A stretch of DNA of 64,000 nucleotides. Origin: Opitutales bacterium (GTDB lineage Bacteria > Verrucomicrobiota > Verrucomicrobiia > Opitutales > JAFGAQ01). Where the stretch lies: contig JAKSBQ010000390.1 in NCBI GenBank assembly GCA_022361075.1, forward strand, positions 10,079-74,078, in the 5' to 3' direction. Below, piece after piece: positions 38,193-48,252 of the stretch; the first letter of the stretch is position 1, and the number at the start of each line of letters is the position of its first letter. A program made the translations under genes and the position numbers. The notes beneath the pieces were generated by a model. That model was not told where the DNA came from. It searched no databases and saw nothing but the letters and a program-made list of their open reading frames with translations.

Positions 38193-39863
38193 TTAGGCAA
38201 TTCCCATGTTTTTCAAGGTCGTCGTTAAATAAGGAATCAACTGTTTTTTACGGCTAACCACTCCCTTCAGCTCAAAAATAAAATCTTTCTCGGCGTGAGG
38301 GTAGGAAATTGACTCAATGGTGACTCGATCCCCAACCAACAAAAGCAATGAGTTTTGGCGATTGATGTCTGTGATCAACATCGAAGAAAAGAACAGTTTG
38401 TGCTTGCTGCGATAATCCTCCAAAGCCGCTGTAAGTTCTTCCCATCGCTCCCAGAAGTGGGTAAAGCCCAACTCTTCAATCTGGCTCACCGTAAACTCCA
38501 CATCGCCATGGTGGTAGTGTTTGCAATCCGCTTCCACTATCTTTCCAGGCGTCTCGTTGGAGATCATACTACCAGACTTGAACACAAGCTCAGCTAGTTC
38601 CTCAACTTGCACACCACTTTTTTCATTAAGCCATTCAAGCACCGTGCGATCCACATCGGTGGTGGTGGGACTGTTCAAATTGAGAGTGTCCGAGATCAAA
38701 CCTGCCATGAGAATACCAGCAACGTCGGGTTCAATTCCCACTCCATGTCGCCTGAAGAGATTTGCAACAATTGTACATGTGGATCCCACAGGTTCATTCA
38801 TGAACAGGATGGGTTGTTCGGTCGAAAAACTTCCTAGCCGGTGGTGATCAATGATCTCTTCGATCCGCACTTCACGTGCTCCGTCGACCGCTTGGCTCAT
38901 TTCGTTGTGATCGACTAAAACCAATCTTGTATCCACAGGTCGAAGTAGATCCGTTTTTGAAAAGACTCCCTGAAGCTTCCCCTCGTTGTCAGTCACTGGA
39001 TAAAGTGGAGCGTTGCTTTCCAAAATTTTCCGCTTCACGAGTGCGATTGTGTCATCCTGAGAGAAGCACACTTCCACCTTCTTCATGAGTGTGCTTACCG
39101 AGGTCGCCGTCCTGATGATCCAGGAGGTTGTTGCCGTATCGTGCGGGCTGATGATCAAGCTGATTCCATTTTCCTTCGCTCGCTCTTCCACATCTTTGTC
39201 CACTTCGAGACCACCAGTGATCACCAATAATCGTATGCCAAGCTGGATACACTTCTCCTGGATATCCCATCGGTCGCCGACGATTACCACGCTAGACTCC
39301 GAAGGAACCTGCTGCTCTTTGTTCGCACGATCGAAAGAACGAATGTCCATAGCTCCCACGCGGATGAACAATTCCTCTTCTCGATATTGGTCCACCACAT
39401 TTACTGTTTTTGCGTCCAAGCTGCGGACAATGTCATCGATCCGCGTATTCACCCGTCTCATGTCGAGAGGGTTCTTCATCTTCGGAGTGAAGTAATCTCC
39501 CAATTCAAAGATCGTGACCACCCCCTTCAAATATCCTTCTTCATTGACAATGGGAAGTGCACGATAGTCGTGCTCATCCATTATTTTGAGAGCTTCATTA
39601 CAAGTTGCGTCCTCTCTGACCACATGAGGATCATGATGCATCACGTTTCGTACCCGTGGAGTGACGTCCCCAAGAAACACGGGAAGCTCGGTATCAAAAC
39701 GATTCAAAATCGCATCGATTCGCGGATTTGAGTTTCCACACCGGGCAGGTGTGTAGTTCGTCTGCCCGATAGCTTTCTTAAATGCTGCATATCCAATTGC
39801 AGAGCATACTGAGTCTGCATCTGGATTTTTGTGGCCAATGATGAATACTGGCTGACTATTCAT
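38193..39863 (-). CDS. CBS-domain family II (DHH/DHHA2) inorganic pyrophosphatase
   Basis: DHH motifs IGHKNPDADS and VDHNE...DHHR. A CBS pair and a DRTGG-like insert lie between them. C-terminal DHHA2 domain. I preferred ATG 39863 over GTG 39887. Confidence 0.8.
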   Translation of the reverse strand: MNSQPVFIIGHKNPDADSVCSAIGYAAFKKAIGQTNYTPARCGNSNPRIDAILNRFDTELPVFLGDVTPRVRNVMHHDPHVVREDATCNEALKIMDEHDYRALPIVNEEGYLKGVVTIFELGDYFTPKMKNPLDMRRVNTRIDDIVRSLDAKTVNVVDQYREEELFIRVGAMDIRSFDRANKEQQVPSESSVVIVGDRWDIQEKCIQLGIRLLVITGGLEVDKDVEERAKENGISLIISPHDTATTSWIIRTATSVSTLMKKVEVCFSQDDTIALVKRKILESNAPLYPVTDNEGKLQGVFSKTDLLRPVDTRLVLVDHNEMSQAVDGAREVRIEEIIDHHRLGSFSTEQPILFMNEPVGSTCTIVANLFRRHGVGIEPDVAGILMAGLISDTLNLNSPTTTDVDRTVLEWLNEKSGVQVEELAELVFKSGSMISNETPGKIVEADCKHYHHGDVEFTVSQIEELGFTHFWERWEELTAALEDYRSKHKLFFSSMLITDINRQNSLLLLVGDRVTIESISYPHAEKDFIFELKGVVSRKKQLIPYLTTTLKNMGIA

Positions 39864-39944
39864 AGTTGAAGTTGATAGTGGGTGCACATGAGTATCGAAT
39901 CAAGTGCATTCCCCAACGCTTTTAAAGCATTCAAAAAGCCAAAT

Positions 39945-40628
39945 CTACTCGTTGTTCAGAATTACCGCACCAGGACTGATCGCAGTGGAAATGTCGCTTG
40001 TGCGAGACTTGGAGCTATAGTTCACCAACTCCCCTCCATTTGAAGAGATATCTTTGTAAAACTTCACATGCCCGTCAAGGAACCCAATGTGCCCACCGCT
40101 TTTTCCCCAGGGCGCAGTCACATCCCACTCACCCGAAGCATGAAGACCTCTAGTAAAAATCAAAGGAGTCGTGGTGGAAGGAGCGTTCGCCGCGAGACCT
40201 GCAACCACAGCGTAACTCGGAGTGGTCGCTTGAAATTCACTGCCGACGGCAAATTCCGAACCACTCACAGAACCCACAACCAGCGGAAGCGAAACGAGCG
40301 CAGCCACGTTGGGGTCGCTCTCAATGTAATACAAACTCGCGTCGTTCAAATCGACTTCTTCGGCGAGGTATCCCGCCCAGTCCTGGACACTCGCCACAGT
40401 CGCCGGAATGATTCGAACTCTACCTCCTGAACTTGAGAAAGTCGCGTATGCCTGCGCGATCGAGCGAATGTTACTGGCCGATTTCGCACGTTGGGCATTT
40501 TCTCTGACTTTACCTACGGATGGGATGATGATGGCCGCCAAAATCCCGATGATCGCAATCACCGCGATGAGTTCGATAAGGGTAAATCCTTTTTTTAAGG
40601 ATGAAGAAACAGTGCAGGGAAGAGGCAT
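39945..40628 (-). CDS. prepilin-type N-terminal methylation domain protein (PVC-type pseudopilin-like)
   Basis: KKGFTLIELIAVIAIIGILAAIIIPS prepilin cleavage/methylation motif, and the C-terminal GGHIGFLDGHVKFY typical of the abundant PVC pseudopilin-like family. Confidence 0.8.
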   Translation of the reverse strand: MPLPCTVSSSLKKGFTLIELIAVIAIIGILAAIIIPSVGKVRENAQRAKSASNIRSIAQAYATFSSSGGRVRIIPATVASVQDWAGYLAEEVDLNDASLYYIESDPNVAALVSLPLVVGSVSGSEFAVGSEFQATTPSYAVVAGLAANAPSTTTPLIFTRGLHASGEWDVTAPWGKSGGHIGFLDGHVKFYKDISSNGGELVNYSSKSRTSDISTAISPGAVILNNE

Positions 40629-40751
40629 AGTCGGAATAGTCTAGAAGGGAAAAAGGAGAAGATTACTAAAAATAACCTCAACGGCCCCCGTCCAAGTCAA
40701 TGCCTAAATGAATCTCATCTTGAAAACACCAAGAACTGATTGCCCTGGGTC

Positions 40752-41237
40752 TCAGGAGTTTAGTTCATTCTCAAGATAAGCAATAAGACCAGGAATAGCC
40801 TCCACCATCGCGTCTCGACACTCAAGGTATTCATCCACACCCCCACCAAAAGGATCTGGAATGTTTTTTTGATTTCCCTCTACCCAATCTCTCATGAGGT
40901 GAGTCTTTTCGAGATCTGTTCCGTGAAAACGCAACAACATGTCGCGATGGCTGTCCGTCATGCAAAAGAATGCGGCTGCGTCACTCAGATTTACCTGATC
41001 TACCGATTTGCTGATGTGAGAACTCAAATCCAATCCTACTTTGGACAAAGCGAATACCGAATTTTCTGAAGCCGAAGACCCAGGAAAAGCACTCAATCCA
41101 AACGAATCCGTTTTCAAGATTTTTAAAGGCCCATCTTTGCTGTTCAGCGCATGCCTCACGAGGTGCTCTGCCATTGGGCTTCTACAGGTATTTCCCGTGC
41201 ATACAAAAAACAAGGTCTGAGGTCGTTCGTTTTTCAA
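40752..41237 (-). CDS. low-molecular-weight protein tyrosine phosphatase
   Basis: P-loop FVCTGNTCRSPMAE and the downstream DPFGG Asp loop. Confidence 0.85.
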   Translation of the reverse strand: MKNERPQTLFFVCTGNTCRSPMAEHLVRHALNSKDGPLKILKTDSFGLSAFPGSSASENSVFALSKVGLDLSSHISKSVDQVNLSDAAAFFCMTDSHRDMLLRFHGTDLEKTHLMRDWVEGNQKNIPDPFGGGVDEYLECRDAMVEAIPGLIAYLENELNS

Positions 41238-41291
41238 AATAATTCAATTAGCGAACTCCGTTGCATCCCAAAAGTCAAACGTCTGCTGGCC

Positions 41292-41993
41292 TTACATGAC
41301 CACGCAGGAGGAACCATCCATCGGACCTCCGACCCAAATCATCCGATACGCGATCGCCAGCGCTGCTACCAAAGCCAGGCCTCTCTGCACTCTCAGAACC
41401 GTTTTTGAAGTCCATTTTTCTCTGTTTCTCAAAAATTGACTTTGAGCCAACCAAAGCAGAGGAATAGTGCCCACCGCAAAACCCAACATGATCTGAGCGC
41501 CAAACAAAGGAGATCCTGAGATCAACGCCACCCAGAAAACCATGTACAATGGAGCACAGGGCAAGAATGGACTCATGACGCCCAGAATCAATCCCGCTCC
41601 TTCACCGGAGACTCTTCGGCGCACTTCCGAGAACTTCCGCGGAAGCTTCAATTTGAATGGAATTCGGTGCTGAATCCATTTATCCAAACCCACCGCGAAA
41701 AGAATCAGAAAAAACACGAGTAACCAAGGTAGCTGCTGGATCCACTGCAGATTGAAGACTTTCAAAATCGCAAGACTGATCGCTCCAGCTAGCGCGCCGA
41801 TCGCAGTGTAAGAAATGATCCGCCCGAGATGATACAAAGCTTGGATGCTCTCTCTTGCAGCTCCACCGTTCGGCTGAATCTTTGGTAAGATCGAACAATA
41901 AAGCGGGCCACACATGCCCACACAGTGCGGACTCACCAACATACCCGCAATAAATGCCATCCAAGCACCTTCTGAAACGTCAGGAAACATCAT
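41292..41993 (-). CDS. TauE/SafE- or DsbD_2-like membrane protein of the cbb3 accessory cluster
   Basis: 233 aa, multi-TM, with the HCVGMCGPL motif. It is the last gene of the cco cluster, as seen in Bacteroidota-type cco loci. Confidence 0.6.
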   Translation of the reverse strand: MMFPDVSEGAWMAFIAGMLVSPHCVGMCGPLYCSILPKIQPNGGAARESIQALYHLGRIISYTAIGALAGAISLAILKVFNLQWIQQLPWLLVFFLILFAVGLDKWIQHRIPFKLKLPRKFSEVRRRVSGEGAGLILGVMSPFLPCAPLYMVFWVALISGSPLFGAQIMLGFAVGTIPLLWLAQSQFLRNREKWTSKTVLRVQRGLALVAALAIAYRMIWVGGPMDGSSCVVM

Positions 41994-42145
41994 GACGAAG
42001 GGGCCTGTCGCTCCAAAGTTTCACCATCCTCAATAGGAGCCTGCGGATATTTCGATGCGATTTTTATGGTCCAAACCCAAGCTCCGATCACTAGAAGAAA
42101 GGCGAGCACCACCCAAAACCAAAGATTGCCAAAAATTTTTCGCAT
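41990..42145 (-). CDS. 51-aa single-TM protein in the CcoH/FixH position (not in ORF track)
   Basis: Own translation gives MRKIFGNLWFWVVLAFLLVIGAWVWTIKIASKYPQAPIEDGETLERQAPSS. Its ATG overlaps the ccoG stop (TAATG) and its stop overlaps the next ATG (ATGA). Confidence 0.5.
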   Translation of the reverse strand: MRKIFGNLWFWVVLAFLLVIGAWVWTIKIASKYPQAPIEDGETLERQAPSS

Positions 42146-43563
42146 TACCTTTCGAATTTAAGCTCCTGATTCGGATCTTTCAACTGTGGTCCCAAAAAGT
42201 GAATCTCCCGGGATAATTCTAATTCTTCCTCCTGCAAACTCAGGATCACCCTGAATTTGAAAGGAGCGTCAAAGCTCTCGAGATTCTTCAGAACAATCAG
42301 TGGTAACATCGTTTCTTCCATCGGTTTAACAATAACCGGAGTTTCAAATCCCCTCTTTTCCAAATCTTTCTGATCACTTTCGATACGTAATGCAAAGGTT
42401 TGTTCCTCGGTGGTTTTATTGATGATCCGAACATTGTACTGATTCCTCAACAAGTCATCCTTTTGGTAGAAAGGGGCACCCCTCATGCGAGTCACCAACA
42501 TGTACGCTGGCTTCACCATACTGAATGCGTAACTCATCACCGTGAGCCCCAAGAGCATGAAGAAAAAATAAACAAAAACTCTCGGACGGAGGATTCTTCG
42601 CTTCTTGCCCTTAAATCCATTCATGGAGTCGTAACGGATCAATCCACTCGGCCGCTTCAGTTTGCTCATGACGTCATCACACGCGTCGATGCAATTGGAA
42701 CAACCGACACACTCCATTTGTAAACCCTGCCGAATATCGATCCCGGTCGGACAAACGCTAATGCATTGCTTACAATCAATACAGTCTCCAACTCCTTCTT
42801 TCGAAGGACGACCCCGTGGCTCACCCCGAATTTCATCATAACCGATAACAATGGAATCATCATCAATCAGGGCAGATTGGAGTCTGCCATAAGGGCAAAT
42901 AGCCAGACACAACTGCTCTCGAAACCAGGCAAAGTTGAAATAGAGGAGCCCCGACATCACGAAGATGAACACAAATCCCGACCAGTGCTCGGTGGGACTG
43001 TGAGTCATCCACTGGTAGAGCTCGGGTATCGAGATAAAATAGGCGACAAAAAGGTGAGAGATGATCACCGAAATCAGAGCGAACAGAACATGTTTCAAGC
43101 CTCTTTTGAACTGCTTTTCACTCTCGGACCACGACATCCGATCCAGACGTTTTTGCTCCCCGACAGGACCTTCAATCAATCGCTCGATTCGTCGATAAAC
43201 ATGTTCGAGAAAAACAGTATGGGGGCAGGTCCATCCACACCAAATTCGCCCGAAAATGGACGTCACAAAAAACAAGATAAAGCCCAGTCCTGATACCAGG
43301 AAAAAGGCCAGGAACAAGTCCTGAGCTGCAAAAGTCCAACCGAACAAATGGAATCTGCGGTGAAACAGATCGAAAAAGATGGCAGGATGACCATTGATCT
43401 GGATCCAAGGCAGCAAAATATAAATGCCAATGAGTACATAAGCGGATAACCTTCGTGCTGTCGCAAACCTCCCTTTAGGCATCGAAGGCCTCAGAAAATT
43501 CCTCGATCCATCCGCTTTAAGCGACGCAACCGAATCTAGATTCGGAGTGTTTTTTGCACTCAT
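42145..43563 (-). CDS. ccoG: cytochrome c oxidase accessory protein CcoG (4Fe-4S ferredoxin-type)
   Basis: Membrane N-terminus with a CGWTCP motif. It has two ferredoxin clusters (CIDCKQCISVCP and CVGCSNCIDACD) and a C-terminal Ig-like domain. Confidence 0.88.
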   Translation of the reverse strand: MSAKNTPNLDSVASLKADGSRNFLRPSMPKGRFATARRLSAYVLIGIYILLPWIQINGHPAIFFDLFHRRFHLFGWTFAAQDLFLAFFLVSGLGFILFFVTSIFGRIWCGWTCPHTVFLEHVYRRIERLIEGPVGEQKRLDRMSWSESEKQFKRGLKHVLFALISVIISHLFVAYFISIPELYQWMTHSPTEHWSGFVFIFVMSGLLYFNFAWFREQLCLAICPYGRLQSALIDDDSIVIGYDEIRGEPRGRPSKEGVGDCIDCKQCISVCPTGIDIRQGLQMECVGCSNCIDACDDVMSKLKRPSGLIRYDSMNGFKGKKRRILRPRVFVYFFFMLLGLTVMSYAFSMVKPAYMLVTRMRGAPFYQKDDLLRNQYNVRIINKTTEEQTFALRIESDQKDLEKRGFETPVIVKPMEETMLPLIVLKNLESFDAPFKFRVILSLQEEELELSREIHFLGPQLKDPNQELKFER

Positions 43564-43633
43564 ATTATAAAATTAGAATATTTTAATGTATCGATCACAG
43601 GAGCATCTAACTTTAGGCTTAAATTCAAGAACT

Positions 43634-44182
43634 CTACTCTTGTTTGCTCAGGATGTAGGCGACAACTTCGGCTATTTTTTTCGGTCCAAGCAATCCTTCC
43701 CAAGCAACCATACCGCTCGTGAGATCCGGAGAACCGTTTGCAACAATCCCATACATCTCGGTCGGTTTATTACCGTATAGCCACTCTGCATCCACAAGGC
43801 TAACTCCGGGAAGATTTTCACCTTTGAGATCCGAGCCATGGCAAGCAACGCAGTTCTGAGTGAAGGTCGCTGCTCCCGCTTCCGTCCAATCCGAAGCTCG
43901 CGAAAAAGCCATCAAAATGTCGTCGTCGAGCATCTGGAGAGTCTCTTCGAGTCGCGCTTCTTCAACCATCGCCAATTCAGTTTCCAATTTCTTGAAATCA
44001 AACTCGCCGTCCATCCACTGGTGTCGTACGACCCAATAGATGACTGAAAAAACGATCGTAGCGTAGAGCGAAATCAGCCACCAATTCGGCAATTTCTGAT
44101 CAAACTCGCGGATACCGTCATACTCGTGATCGAGGAGTTTGATGTTTTTGTTTCGCAAGTCTTCTCTTTCCTTTTCGTCCAT
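43634..44182 (-). CDS. ccoP: cbb3-type cytochrome c oxidase subunit III, mono-haem form
   Basis: FixP N-terminal motif DHEYDGIREFDQKLPNWW, one TM segment, and a single CVACH haem-c site. Confidence 0.8.
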   Translation of the reverse strand: MDEKEREDLRNKNIKLLDHEYDGIREFDQKLPNWWLISLYATIVFSVIYWVVRHQWMDGEFDFKKLETELAMVEEARLEETLQMLDDDILMAFSRASDWTEAGAATFTQNCVACHGSDLKGENLPGVSLVDAEWLYGNKPTEMYGIVANGSPDLTSGMVAWEGLLGPKKIAEVVAYILSKQE

Positions 44183-44214
44183 GATCTAGGGAGTTAAGTT
44201 TTTTATAAAAGTGA

Positions 44215-44394
44215 TTAGGATGAAGGCGGATCCGGTTCGTCTTCCAAAGGAATCGAAGCCAGTTTCTTCTCTTTGTCTTTTTTCATGAGGAAGGTTTTCA
44301 CTGAAAAGAAAAGAAACGCTGCAAAAATGATGCAGAACGCAATTAACTGCACTGCTACGTGCCAATCTTCAAACTGTACTTCAGCTCCGTTCAT
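44215..44394 (-). CDS. 59-aa single-TM protein, CcoQ-like by position (not in ORF track)
   Basis: Own translation gives MNGAEVQFEDWHVAVQLIAFCIIFAAFLFFSVKTFLMKKDKEKKLASIPLEDEPDPPSS. It lies 15 nt after the ccoNO stop and 32 nt before ccoP. Confidence 0.55.
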   Translation of the reverse strand: MNGAEVQFEDWHVAVQLIAFCIIFAAFLFFSVKTFLMKKDKEKKLASIPLEDEPDPPSS

Positions 44395-44409
44395 CCTTTT
44401 TTGATTCTG

Positions 44410-46755
44410 TTACTCAGTGGATGCGACATCACCTCTGATTTCATAGGCTCCCAGCTTTTGCATGTAAGCGATAAGAGCTGTCATCTGTGTGTTGGGTTGC
44501 AAAACTCGACCTTTCTCTTGCAAGTCTTTCGCGATTCCCTCCGCTTGCTCCGCTACCGAATCGAAAATTTCTTCATCAGTCCACTCCGGATAGGGAACGT
44601 TTAGAGTGCGCAAAACTGAGATCTTCGAAGGAAGCGCGTCCACATCGATTTTCTTTTTAGCCAACCACGGATATGCAGGCATGTTAGAACCTGGAGATAC
44701 CGTGCGTGGATCCATGAAGTGATCGTAGTGCCAATCGTTGGGTCGATAACCTCCCTCACGCGCGAGATCTGGTCCAGTTCGACGAGAACCCCACTGAAAC
44801 GGGTGGTCATAGATCGATTCACCAAGTCGAGAATAATCGCCATATCGGATCACATCCGACCGCATGGTGCGAATCATCTGTGAGTGGCAGTTATAACAGC
44901 CTTCGGAAATGTAGATGTCGCGACCTGCGAGTTCGAGCGGGGTGTAGAGCTTTTGAATACGACCTTGTAAATTCTCCGCTTTATTGACGGTTACCGTCGG
45001 GATGATCTGAATCGCTCCACCGATCGCCACGGACACAAAAACCAAAACCGTGAAGATCATCGAATTGGCGAGGAGCTTCTCATACCAATCGTTCCATTTT
45101 GCTCCTGTTGCCTTGAAGTGAATGATCGCAAGGAGCACCACAATAATGGTGCCAAACATTCCAAGTAACATCACGAAGCCGTCGCCGAGCATCCACAAAC
45201 ATGGGAAGAAAATACCGAGCGTTGAGTAGATGATCGGAGCGTTGATAAACCCTTTCACCCAAGGCATCGTTTCCTTTTCGGGTTTCGCTTCTACTTCGAT
45301 CGTTGTTTTTTGAACCTCGGCTCCAACGATCGTTTTAAAAACATTGTAGGTCATCAATACGAAACCGATGAAGTAGAAAGTTCCTCCGACTGCTCGGGTG
45401 AGCATCATGAAGCGAATGGAGTTCAAGGTCTCCAGAAAATTCGCGTAGGCCAGACTGGTACCACTTTCATTAAGCGCATTGAGCATCACGCCTTGAGTGA
45501 TGCCCGCGAACCACATCGATGCGATGTAGAGCAGGATGCCGATCATCCCGATCCAGAAGTGGAAATTCGCGAGAGCTTGAGAGTGGAGAGGACGTTTCCA
45601 AAGTCTTGGAACGAGCCAGTAAATCATGCCAGCTGCCATGAATCCATTCCAACCTAGTGTGCCCGAGTGCACGTGACCGATAATCCAGTCTGAGTAGTGA
45701 GCGAGGGCGTTGACCGATTTGATTGAAAGCAATGGGCCCTCAAACGTTGCCATTCCATAGAAAGTGATCGCAGCAGCGAAAAACTTAACAACCGGATCGG
45801 TTCTCAACTTATCCCAAGCACCACGCATGGTGAACAAGCCGTTGAGCATTCCTCCCCAGGATGGAGCCCAAAGCATCAAAGAGAAAAGCATGCCGAGATA
45901 TTGCAACCACTGGGGAAGTGCGGTGTTGAGAAGGTGGTGAGGGCCTGCCCAGATGTAGATGAATACCAAGGACCAAAAGTGAATCACCGAAAGTCGGTAG
46001 GAATAAACCGGTCGGTTCACTGCCTTCGGCACGAAATAATACATGATCCCGAGAATCGGTGTCGTTAGGAAAAACGCCACAGCGTTGTGCCCATACCACC
46101 ACTGAACCAGCGCGTCCTGAACCCCGGCAAAAACAGGATAACTGTGAAGGAAACTCGTCGGAATCGAAAGGTGATTGACGATGTATAGCATCGCAACCGT
46201 GACGATTGTTGCGATGTAAAACCAGATCGCCACGTAGAGGGTGGAAACGTTGCGGATGAGAAGAGTCCAAAAGAAATTCACTGCAAACACCACCCACATT
46301 AACACAACCGCAATGTTGATCGGCCAAATAAGTTCAGCATACTCCTTACCACGAGTAAGACCGAGCGGAAGCGTTACCGCAGCTGCAACAATGATCAGTT
46401 GCCAGCCCCAAAAGTGCACCCAGGAAAGAATGTCAGACGCCAGTCGTGCCCGAACCAGTCGCTGAGTCGAGTAGTAGACCCCGGCAAACATCATATTCCC
46501 CACGAACGCAAAGATCGCTGCATTCGTGTGAAGAGGACGCAATCTACCGAAAGATAACCACTCCATCGGGATATTTAAACCGAAAAGGTATAAACCTCCA
46601 TCGATCTGCCAAAAATTCAGCATGAAGGCCACAAGAACTCCAACGAGCATTCCGACGAGTGACCACACCACCGTGATGACTAAGAAATAACGAACGACGG
46701 TGTCGTTATACTCAATAGATACCTTATTTTGGTTCATATACTGGGAATTGTGCAA
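44410..46755 (-). CDS. ccoNO: fused cbb3-type cytochrome c oxidase subunits I+II (CcoN-CcoO)
   Basis: 781 aa. The N-terminal multi-TM haem-copper oxidase core contains HFW, HHLLN, GHVHSG and NALAHYSDW histidine contexts. The C-terminal part carries a CcoO-type CYNCHSQMIR haem-c site. Confidence 0.9.
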   Translation of the reverse strand: MHNSQYMNQNKVSIEYNDTVVRYFLVITVVWSLVGMLVGVLVAFMLNFWQIDGGLYLFGLNIPMEWLSFGRLRPLHTNAAIFAFVGNMMFAGVYYSTQRLVRARLASDILSWVHFWGWQLIIVAAAVTLPLGLTRGKEYAELIWPINIAVVLMWVVFAVNFFWTLLIRNVSTLYVAIWFYIATIVTVAMLYIVNHLSIPTSFLHSYPVFAGVQDALVQWWYGHNAVAFFLTTPILGIMYYFVPKAVNRPVYSYRLSVIHFWSLVFIYIWAGPHHLLNTALPQWLQYLGMLFSLMLWAPSWGGMLNGLFTMRGAWDKLRTDPVVKFFAAAITFYGMATFEGPLLSIKSVNALAHYSDWIIGHVHSGTLGWNGFMAAGMIYWLVPRLWKRPLHSQALANFHFWIGMIGILLYIASMWFAGITQGVMLNALNESGTSLAYANFLETLNSIRFMMLTRAVGGTFYFIGFVLMTYNVFKTIVGAEVQKTTIEVEAKPEKETMPWVKGFINAPIIYSTLGIFFPCLWMLGDGFVMLLGMFGTIIVVLLAIIHFKATGAKWNDWYEKLLANSMIFTVLVFVSVAIGGAIQIIPTVTVNKAENLQGRIQKLYTPLELAGRDIYISEGCYNCHSQMIRTMRSDVIRYGDYSRLGESIYDHPFQWGSRRTGPDLAREGGYRPNDWHYDHFMDPRTVSPGSNMPAYPWLAKKKIDVDALPSKISVLRTLNVPYPEWTDEEIFDSVAEQAEGIAKDLQEKGRVLQPNTQMTALIAYMQKLGAYEIRGDVASTE

Positions 46756-46779
46756 CTTAGGGAGAAAAACTAACGGAGC

Positions 46780-46938
46780 TTAAGTGCCCTGACTGGGTGG
46801 CTCGTCATCCCGGAAAGGAATGAGTGAGCTCTGTTCCGGACTACTTTTTCGCTCAGCTTTCAAGTTTCGAATAAACAAAAAGAGAAACAAAAGTGCGAGT
46901 ATGAAACTCAAAAAGATCGTCAAAAACAGAATGTCCAT
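46780..46938 (-). CDS. 52-aa CcoS-like cbb3 maturation protein (not in ORF track)
   Basis: Own translation gives MDILFLTIFLSFILALLFLFLFIRNLKAERKSSPEQSSLIPFRDDEPPSQGT. An N-terminal TM followed by an acidic tail is the CcoS shape. It lies 24 nt upstream of ccoNO. Confidence 0.5.
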   Translation of the reverse strand: MDILFLTIFLSFILALLFLFLFIRNLKAERKSSPEQSSLIPFRDDEPPSQGT

Positions 46939-47084
46939 CAGAATGACTTTAAGAACATATTAGGACTTCTTTAGTATTAATCTTTGTAGTCTGAATCAAA
47001 CGAGCTCGTCGATTCAACCAAAATTATCTATATAATTTATCTTCTTAATTAGCAAATCTTATAGACAGGGCGGCTAAAATGTCC

Positions 47085-48188
47085 TTAGTTCGCAAAACGG
47101 AAAAGAATCACATCTCCATCTACAACCAGATAATCCTTACCTTCCAGTCTGTATTTCCCAGCTTCCCGAGCTGCATTTACACTGCCTAACTCGATCAAAT
47201 CTTCGTAACTGACCACCTCCGCTTTGATGAATCCTTTCTCGAAGTCGGTATGGATCACACCTGCACACTGCGGAGCTTTCATGCCAGACTTGAAAGTCCA
47301 CGCTCTCACCTCGACTTCACCTGCAGTGAGATAAGATGCTAGCCCCAACAGACCGTAGGTTTCACGAATCAGTTGATTCACCCCGGAGTCTTCAACTCCA
47401 AGATCAGCCAGATACTCTTTAGCTTCCTCGTCAGAAAAATCGATCAACTCCTCCTCGACCCGAGCGGAAATGATGCAGATTCCAGCCTCATTTCTCACTT
47501 TTGTTGCCTCTTTGACTTTTTGAACAAGTGGTTGATTTTCTCCTTCTGCTAATTCGGTTTCGGCAACGTTACACGCAAAAAGCACAGGTTTCGATGAAAG
47601 CAAATTCAGCCGTTTCACATCTTCCAGCTCATCTTCATCAAGCTTCACCGTATTCGCCGCATGACCCGCTTCCATATGGGGAACAATCTTATCGATCAGG
47701 TCTACAAGCGTCTGAGCATCTTGATCTTTACCTCGGGCTTTTTTGATCAACTTCTCCCGTTGACGAGCAACGGAATCAAGGTCTGAGAGAATGAGTTCAG
47801 TCTCGATAATTTCGATATCGCGAACCGGATCCACTGAACCTGAATTGTGGATGATATCGTCGTCTTCAAAACAACGCACTACATGCACGATCGCATCGAC
47901 CTCCCGGATGTTTGCCAGAAACTGATTTCCAAGACCTTCTCCCTTGCTCGCTCCCGCAACCAGGCCCGCAATGTCGACCACTTCGATAGCAGCTGGAATA
48001 ATCTTCTGAGTATTAACAATTTGCGCCAAAGGTTCCAAACGCGAGTCAGGCACCTGAACCACGCCAACATTCGGATCAATCGTGCAAAACGGATAATTTT
48101 GAGCATCCGCTTTTCGAGTCTTGGTCAGTGCATTAAAAAGTGTGCTTTTCCCAACATTGGGTAAACCTACGATACCAGCTTGTAACAT
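47085..48188 (-). CDS. ychF: redox-regulated ATPase YchF
   Basis: [19 protein letters not shown]1 motif, DIAGLV and a C-terminal TGS-type domain. Confidence 0.93.
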   Translation of the reverse strand: MLQAGIVGLPNVGKSTLFNALTKTRKADAQNYPFCTIDPNVGVVQVPDSRLEPLAQIVNTQKIIPAAIEVVDIAGLVAGASKGEGLGNQFLANIREVDAIVHVVRCFEDDDIIHNSGSVDPVRDIEIIETELILSDLDSVARQREKLIKKARGKDQDAQTLVDLIDKIVPHMEAGHAANTVKLDEDELEDVKRLNLLSSKPVLFACNVAETELAEGENQPLVQKVKEATKVRNEAGICIISARVEEELIDFSDEEAKEYLADLGVEDSGVNQLIRETYGLLGLASYLTAGEVEVRAWTFKSGMKAPQCAGVIHTDFEKGFIKAEVVSYEDLIELGSVNAAREAGKYRLEGKDYLVVDGDVILFRFAN

Positions 48189-48252
48189 GCTAATGATCTA
48201 CTGGTAGAATTGCTTCCTAACGCAAGCCCGAAAGGAGCGCTCGAACGCAAAC

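Noticed and set aside
46981-47000. An FNR/FixK box upstream of the cbb3 operon (TTGTAGTCTGAATCAA).
   Set aside because: Only one half-site (ATCAA/TTGAT) matches. The other half and the N4 spacing do not fit TTGAT-N4-ATCAA.
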